Assembly (NCBI GenBank): GCA_964230645.1
Contig: CAXRHT010000002.1
Coordinates: 480,001-544,000 of the forward strand
Length of the DNA: 64,000 nt
DNA from: Bdellovibrionales bacterium
Lineage (GTDB): Bacteria > Bdellovibrionota > Bdellovibrionia > Bdellovibrionales > JAGQZY01
Direction: 5' to 3'
The position numbers were made by a program, and so were the translations under genes. The notes under the pieces are model-generated. The model was not told the DNA's origin, searched no databases, and worked only from the letters and a program-made list of their open reading frames with translations. Below are positions 58,626 through 64,000 of this stretch, piece by piece; positions within the stretch are counted from its first letter, which is position 1, and each line of letters begins with the position of its first letter.

Positions 58626-59192
58626 ATGTTAACAATTCGCACAATGATAATCACTGCAAGCCTAATGATCCCTGCCACTGTGATGGCTGGTAATCAGGAC
58701 TCAAGCATGCACAACCAGAATAAACTGGAAAAACAACGTACGAGCGATAGTATGCAATCCAAGTACGGTACTACGGCCAGTAAAAAAATGAACCGGTCCA
58801 CAACGAGTTTCAACCAGTCCACTATTCGAACAGTACAACAAAAACTGAACGATAATGGCCATGAGATTGCTGTTGATGGAATTATGGGGAATGAAACAAA
58901 ACAAGCCCTCAGAGACTATCAAGGTAACAATGCGCTGGACTCAACCGGCAGTCTTAACTCGGATACGCTTGCGTCTCTAGGAGTGCAAACACCAGCCAAC
59001 AACACGAAAAACTCAAATGCAACTCGAACCAATCGTAGTCAAACTCGCCAACCAGCCAGTATTGACTCTTCGATGAACTCTGAAACTCAAGATGAGTTTG
59101 ATCGTCCAATGAAACAAGACGAAGACATGACTGACCCAATGGAAGATGACTTTACAGAGCCAATGGACACTGAGATTGATGACACCTATTAA
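58626..59192 (+). CDS. Secreted protein with peptidoglycan-binding domain and acidic low-complexity tail
   Basis: IRTVQQKLND.G...VDGIMG.ET..AL..YQ...L..TG PG_binding_1 pattern; PM(K/E/D)..D repeats. Confidence 0.85.
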   Translation: MLTIRTMIITASLMIPATVMAGNQDSSMHNQNKLEKQRTSDSMQSKYGTTASKKMNRSTTSFNQSTIRTVQQKLNDNGHEIAVDGIMGNETKQALRDYQGNNALDSTGSLNSDTLASLGVQTPANNTKNSNATRTNRSQTRQPASIDSSMNSETQDEFDRPMKQDEDMTDPMEDDFTEPMDTEIDDTY

Positions 59193-59218
59193 TCACACAG
59201 TTCATTAGTGTTTCTGTT

Positions 59219-59248
59219 AAAAGGGAGTGCAACCACACTCCCTTTTTT
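59219..59248. terminator. Bidirectional terminator
   Basis: AAAAGGGAGTG-loop-CACTCCCTTTT between convergent genes. Confidence 0.85.
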
Positions 59249-59251
59249 ATT

Positions 59252-60478
59252 TCATCCTCGAAGAATTTCGCTAGGCCTAAAAGAAGAAAGTTTTCTCATG
59301 GTAATACTGAGAGCAAAGTAGCTAAATAACACCCCAAAAAAGAGAATGCTTGCCACCTGCAAAAATTGAATTTCGGTGGGAATATTGGTTTCCTCGTAAA
59401 ATGCGGGCAGAACGTCATCAGAGAAAGTGTCGATACAAAGACTTAATATGATTCCCGTGATCACCCCGCCTAAGACCCCTGTTAAGGTTAAAAACAAACC
59501 AATTTTCACAAAAGTGTTGCGAGTCTCTGAGCGAGTCATTCCCATGGCTAGAAGGTTGCCAACATCTTTTTTCTTTTGAGTCAGCAAAAGAACCATGACC
59601 GAGATTATAGAAAGACCAGCGATCAGAGTGCTTAGACCCACCAAAAAACTCACTACGAACTTTTCAATCTTAAGAGCAAAGAAAAGGGAGGCATTGCGCT
59701 CCTTCCAAGTTTCAACCTGCACACCTTCACCCTTGATTTTTTCTTTGATGGAATCGGCTTGCTCAGGATCTTTGAGCCAGACCTCCAAAGCCAGGCGCCG
59801 TCCTAAAGTTTTTTGCAGCCTCGGGAAAGACTCTTCGAGGATATAATAAAAGGACTGACCATCGATTCGATCCACATCGGTGAGCAGGAAGCCTTGAACA
59901 TTTCCCTGCGAGAGGATGGGTATTTCACTGGCTGGCATAAACATGGTTTCTGGGGGAACGATCACCACATTGTCATCTCGAAAAAGACCGGTTTTATCAG
60001 CCAGTCCCACGCCCAGTATAATTTGACCGGGCTTTAAATTTTCAATTTTGTTTTTAAGGTCAGGATCTTTTTTACCGGCTTTTTTCTCTGCAAACTCTAA
60101 GAGTTGCAAAAGACGTTTTCTGGTCACACCATTGGCTGTGGCTCCTTGGACAAATCCGTCCGCCGTTCTGAGGATGACGTCCTGATGACTCATGGGAGCT
60201 TTCAGCTCCACATCCTCTTGTTCTAATTTTTTATAAACAGGATGAGAGGTGATTTCTTTGGCCTTTTTAACATCATCAAAATCCACCACCACATGGGGTT
60301 CAACCTCAAGAAGGCGATCTCGAATTGAGCGGTTAAATCCGTTCATAACACTGACGACGACAACCAGGGCCGCGACACCGAGCCAAATTCCAAGAATACT
60401 AATTCTGGAAATGGTTTTCACGAGGGACCCGGCTCGTTTTGACAGAATAAAGCGATGAAAAAACTCGAAGCTTAGCAC
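59252..60478 (-). CDS. Lipoprotein-releasing ABC permease (LolC/E family)
   Basis: GIWLGVAALVVVVSVMNGF, W.ERN.SLF.ALKIEK, KKKDVG.L.AMG, PSEILR. Confidence 0.92.
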   Translation of the reverse strand: MLSFEFFHRFILSKRAGSLVKTISRISILGIWLGVAALVVVVSVMNGFNRSIRDRLLEVEPHVVVDFDDVKKAKEITSHPVYKKLEQEDVELKAPMSHQDVILRTADGFVQGATANGVTRKRLLQLLEFAEKKAGKKDPDLKNKIENLKPGQIILGVGLADKTGLFRDDNVVIVPPETMFMPASEIPILSQGNVQGFLLTDVDRIDGQSFYYILEESFPRLQKTLGRRLALEVWLKDPEQADSIKEKIKGEGVQVETWKERNASLFFALKIEKFVVSFLVGLSTLIAGLSIISVMVLLLTQKKKDVGNLLAMGMTRSETRNTFVKIGLFLTLTGVLGGVITGIILSLCIDTFSDDVLPAFYEETNIPTEIQFLQVASILFFGVLFSYFALSITMRKLSSFRPSEILRG

Positions 60479-60709
60479 GCCCTATTTTAGATTTGAGAGC
60501 TAAAAATAAGCAAGTCTTGGCTGACCAGAGCGTGGTGTCATACCGCTGAGCAGATGAATGTCCAAGGACACGAGAATCAATTTTTTCAATAAAAGGCTCT
60601 TCATAGAGTGATCCTATTTTTCAGGAGGGTTTTCTCAGACTTATCAACACTCGCACTCCTAGATTATCTAGCAAACATCAAGTAAGCTTTTCCTTTAAAG
60701 GAGTACCTG

Positions 60710-61702
60710 ATGAAAACTCTAATCCTTCTGTCTTTTTCTTTATGTCTGACAACGGCCTGTAGCCTTAATACCAAGAAACAGGACTATTCTTTTGATAGTG
60801 AACTCAGTCAATTTGAGTATCCATTTAAGATACAGAGATTTCATTTCTCCTCACAACGAAAAAAGCTACAAATGAGTTATGGCGACTTGGCACCTCAAAA
60901 GACCGAGAAGGTGGTTCTTCTACTCCATGGGAAAAACTTTGCAGGTTATTATTGGAATAAGATAGCAAAAGAGCTTATCGAAAAAGGCTACCGAGTTATT
61001 ATCCCCGACCAGATCGGCTTTGGAAAAAGCAGCAAGCCCGCTTATTATCAATACAGCTTCTCTCAACTGGTACTCAACACCATGAAGCTTATGGATCATC
61101 TAGAAATAAAAAACTACCAAGTGGTCGGCCATTCTATGGGAGGCATGTTAGCCACCCACCTCACCCAGCAAGATTCAAGAGTTGAGAAACTCGTTCTTAT
61201 CAATCCCATTGGTCTTGAAGACTACCTAAAGTACGTAGAAATTAAAGACCCAGAGTTTTTCTTTTCGATTGAGAAAAACAAAAGTGTCGAGCAGTTTCGA
61301 AACTATCAAAAGAAAAACTATTACGACGGAAAATGGAGTCCGCGCTACGAGGCGCTTCTGACACCCTTTAAAGGCTGGAAAAATGGTCCCGATTGGGAGA
61401 TAGTGGCCTGGAACAACGCATTGACCTATGGGCCCATATTCGCTGAGGAGATCGTCTCAAGCTTCAAAGATCTGGAAGTTCCTGTGGTGCTCGTACTAGG
61501 GACTAGAGATCGAACGGGACCTGGAAGGAACTGGAAGAAAAAGGGTGTGGATAGAAAACTGGGACAATATCAGAATTTAGGCAGTGAGATCAAAGCGCTG
61601 AACCCCAAAAGAATAACACTCCTTGAACTCAAGGGTCTTGGCCATATGCCACAGTTTGAGGATTATAAAAAATTCTCCAAGGTGTTCTACCCGCTTTTTT
61701 AG
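60710..61702 (+). CDS. Alpha/beta hydrolase lipoprotein
   Basis: TTAC lipobox, LLHGKNF, PDQIGFGKS, GHSMGG, LGHMPQ. Confidence 0.9.
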   Translation: MKTLILLSFSLCLTTACSLNTKKQDYSFDSELSQFEYPFKIQRFHFSSQRKKLQMSYGDLAPQKTEKVVLLLHGKNFAGYYWNKIAKELIEKGYRVIIPDQIGFGKSSKPAYYQYSFSQLVLNTMKLMDHLEIKNYQVVGHSMGGMLATHLTQQDSRVEKLVLINPIGLEDYLKYVEIKDPEFFFSIEKNKSVEQFRNYQKKNYYDGKWSPRYEALLTPFKGWKNGPDWEIVAWNNALTYGPIFAEEIVSSFKDLEVPVVLVLGTRDRTGPGRNWKKKGVDRKLGQYQNLGSEIKALNPKRITLLELKGLGHMPQFEDYKKFSKVFYPLF

Positions 61703-61703
61703 A

Positions 61704-62174
61704 TCACTTGAAAGAAAAGATCTTTTTGAAAAAACGAAAAATCGGGTTTTTGGCAAACTTAAAATGCCAGCGGTTGTAAAATTGGTAATTGGCAATAAGT
61801 TGAAGAGTCACTTTCTCGTCCACCTGCCTCACATCCTTTAAAAAAGTGATGGCTTGCCTGACCACTGTTTCATTGACCTTCTGATCAAAGCAAATCACCT
61901 CAGCCTTGCCTCCATCAATATCGTCATTGACGTAACCCGTTTTAACGCCATCGTATTCATTCCACTCAACCACTTGGTTAAAAATGGAAATTTGATGTTT
62001 CACAATTCTATCTTTGGCTTTCCAGAAATAAAGATCCGCAGGACCGGAGGAGCGAAACCAGTGACTTTCAATATCCATATTGCGGGTTTTGATCACATCA
62101 ATAGAAGCAAGCTTTAGGCTTTTGGCTAAAGATGGCAAATCATAATGTGTCAGCTTATGGGCTTGCATATTCAC
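61704..62174 (-). CDS. Hypothetical protein, last gene of the mla-like operon
   Basis: 156-aa ORF whose start overlaps the mlaD stop (GTGA). Confidence 0.75.
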   Translation of the reverse strand: MNMQAHKLTHYDLPSLAKSLKLASIDVIKTRNMDIESHWFRSSGPADLYFWKAKDRIVKHQISIFNQVVEWNEYDGVKTGYVNDDIDGGKAEVICFDQKVNETVVRQAITFLKDVRQVDEKVTLQLIANYQFYNRWHFKFAKNPIFRFFKKIFSFK

Positions 62175-63151
62175 TCGCTCTTACTTGCAGGTTGTCTTAG
62201 TTCAATTTTTTTCCGTTTCTTTTCTTCTTTTTGCACTTCTTCCACATTACTTTGTAAAAACCATGTTTTCTGCATCGCTTTTAAGGTAATGACCGCCTCA
62301 TCAAGGGCTCGCACAGCTTTTTTGGTGGCCGAGGGCATCTCTGGCCCAATGGTTTTAACCACCGGCATGATTTCTTTCATGTCTTGGGAGAGTTGATTCA
62401 GATTGGTTGTCAGCTTTAAAAGGTTTCCTGATAACTCCGGCATATCTTTTGACACCGAAGGCAGAGCCCTATTCATATGTTTTGAGATCACCTGGACTTC
62501 ATCTATGACTTTTTCAAGACGCTTTTTTTCGTTAAGGCTTGCTGAAAGAATGGAGACCTCTGAGGCCATCGAATTCATTTTCTCCATAAGTGGAAAGAGC
62601 TCATCAAAAAGCACAATTATTTGATCTGTTCTCTCATTGGATAAGAAAGCCTCAGCCAACTTTTGCAAGTTCTGCATGGTTGAGTCCAGTGACTCCATAT
62701 AAGCACCCAGCTTATTACCCCCAAGGATTTCAAGAAAGTCAGGAGACTGTTGGCTTGAAAGAATTTGTCCATCTTTCACAGGGTCCCCTTCAATTTCTCC
62801 ATCAGCGATTTCAAGCGCTTTTTCTCCGATGACAAAAGGTCTTGCTAGAAACACAATACTATTGGTGTTAATTCTCTTAGCAAATCTTTTTAATACCTTG
62901 AATTTAATAACTACTTCATTCGAAGATCGTAAATCCACACTATCGACCGATCCAATCCTTAACCCTGAGAAACGCACGGGAGTTCCTGGATGAATGCCTT
63001 CAGCAGTCTGAACATAAGTCACAAGATGAACCTTAGGATCAAACCATCCCTTTTTTATTCCCATTCCAATGGTGGCAATAACCGATAGAAAAACGGCCCC
63101 CAGCACAAATAATCCAGCCACCCTTTCAAATAAGTTAAACTTTACTTTCAC
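62171..63151 (-). CDS. mlaD: MCE/MlaD family protein with long helical extension
   Basis: TM, AEGIHPGTPVRFSGLRIGSV, VIGEKALEI, then a helical region. Confidence 0.88.
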   Translation of the reverse strand: MKVKFNLFERVAGLFVLGAVFLSVIATIGMGIKKGWFDPKVHLVTYVQTAEGIHPGTPVRFSGLRIGSVDSVDLRSSNEVVIKFKVLKRFAKRINTNSIVFLARPFVIGEKALEIADGEIEGDPVKDGQILSSQQSPDFLEILGGNKLGAYMESLDSTMQNLQKLAEAFLSNERTDQIIVLFDELFPLMEKMNSMASEVSILSASLNEKKRLEKVIDEVQVISKHMNRALPSVSKDMPELSGNLLKLTTNLNQLSQDMKEIMPVVKTIGPEMPSATKKAVRALDEAVITLKAMQKTWFLQSNVEEVQKEEKKRKKIELRQPASKSE

Positions 63152-63861
63152 AATGCTACCCTCAGGTTCTTATTAACTTCCACTTTATTGAGTCTCTTGC
63201 GCGATAAGATTATGTTCTGATCCGCTAGGCAATCGGAAAACTCTTCATCAAATGTCGAGAAAAAAACATGCTTTAAATTATAGATCTTGCGGTGATCATC
63301 AATGAGCTGCAAGAGATTGGCCTGAAGCTTTGTTGATAACAACAACTCAGGTGTATCTAAAAAAATCAGCTCAGGCTGTGTGACAAAGGCTCTCAAAATG
63401 AGTGTGCACTTTTGAGCGTTCGTTGAAACCTCTGCCGGTCTTTTATCGAGTTCATCGAAAATATCAAAATACTCCACACAGGTATTCATCCAGTCGGTCA
63501 ACTCTTTACCAAAAAAGAGTTTATGAAACTTCAAAGGCAGCTCTAGGTTTTGTCTAAGAGTCTGGTTATGAATGAGTCCCCTTGTCGAGAAGCCAAAACC
63601 AATTTTCAGGCGATACTTTAAGAACTCCTCAAAACTAAATTTTGAAACATCGTCGTCGTTAAGCAAAAACTCACCTTTATTAAAACCCTCTACTTGACTC
63701 ACACAATGAAAAAAGAAAAACTTTTCTCGATCATTGTTAAAAACAATTCGGCAATTTTGATTCATTGGAAAGACGAAATCACAATTCTGTAAGACTTCAC
63801 TGTCGTGATAGGCCATAGTGACTTTCTTAAACTGCATACTCTGGATTAGTGCTTCACTCAT
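63148..63861 (-). CDS. MlaF-like ABC ATPase with degenerate nucleotide-binding motifs
   Basis: TLRQNLELPL, KRPAEVS and PELIFLDTP are recognisable, but there is no GxxGxGK[ST]. Confidence 0.75.
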   Translation of the reverse strand: MSEALIQSMQFKKVTMAYHDSEVLQNCDFVFPMNQNCRIVFNNDREKFFFFHCVSQVEGFNKGEFLLNDDDVSKFSFEEFLKYRLKIGFGFSTRGLIHNQTLRQNLELPLKFHKLFFGKELTDWMNTCVEYFDIFDELDKRPAEVSTNAQKCTLILRAFVTQPELIFLDTPELLLSTKLQANLLQLIDDHRKIYNLKHVFFSTFDEEFSDCLADQNIILSRKRLNKVEVNKNLRVAL

Positions 63862-64000
63862 AGCGGAATCCCAAGGTGAGTGAAGTACTCTAGATAAAAG
63901 TAAAGAGTTAAGAACATATAAAATCCAAGGATATAGACCGTACTGTTAACAACGGCTTTTGTGGTTACTTGCGGGATCTCATGGGGACTGCGTTCAACCT
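63858..64000 (-). CDS. mlaE: C-terminus of a MlaE-family permease (partial)
   Basis: Manual translation ...VERSPHEIPQVTTKAVVNSTVYILGF...IPL*; ATGA overlap with the next gene. Confidence 0.85.
   Translation of the reverse strand, partial: VERSPHEIPQVTTKAVVNSTVYILGFYMFLTLYFYLEYFTHLGIPL

Noticed and set aside
60510..60572. Possible riboswitch (fluoride-like ACCGC..GC.GATGA; GTCTTGG/CCAAGGAC stem)
   Set aside because: The 5' GATGG..TTC.CC core and pseudoknot are missing and there is no crcB/eriC-type gene; an Rfam scan would settle it.

Overview
A 64-kb bacterial chromosomal window, about 40% GC by eye. Gene content points to a Bdellovibrionota (Bdellovibrio-like) organism, probably marine or Na+-dependent; this is inferred from a giant S74-chaperoned fibre, a PilZ protein, an L,D-transpeptidase, a SpoIIE/HATPase/STAS module and many orphan secreted proteins, not from a database search. 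Recognisable loci: fadD; a partner-switching operon opposite a FecR-like gene; an Na+/solute symporter; RimK-associated protease-rimK-deacylase; a cyclic-nucleotide-gated channel; a DUF2089 operon; a 2816-aa mosaic fibre; nqrA-F-apbE-nqrM; an exported KatG; a cold-shock protein; tRNA-Leu(TAA); murI-mpaA-dapD-queD; lolC/E; and an mlaE-mlaF-like-mlaD operon. No CRISPR array, rRNA or transposase was seen. The most unusual signals are non-coding. (1) Two related REP-like inverted pairs with GNA-triloop hairpins carry outward-decaying tandem arrays of their own termini, and one encloses a second palindromic element. (2) A four-helix-bundle (23S-IVS/Avd-like) gene in the tRNA-Leu trailer is bracketed by heptamer arrays and nested complementary segments. 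(3) A 188-bp MITE-like palindrome. (4) Recurring sigma28-like promoters lie 6-7 nt from start codons. (5) A 21-bp-phased operator-like triplet precedes DUF2089. Protein-level oddities include a Walker-A-less MlaF and an alpha/beta hydrolase with two EF-hands.
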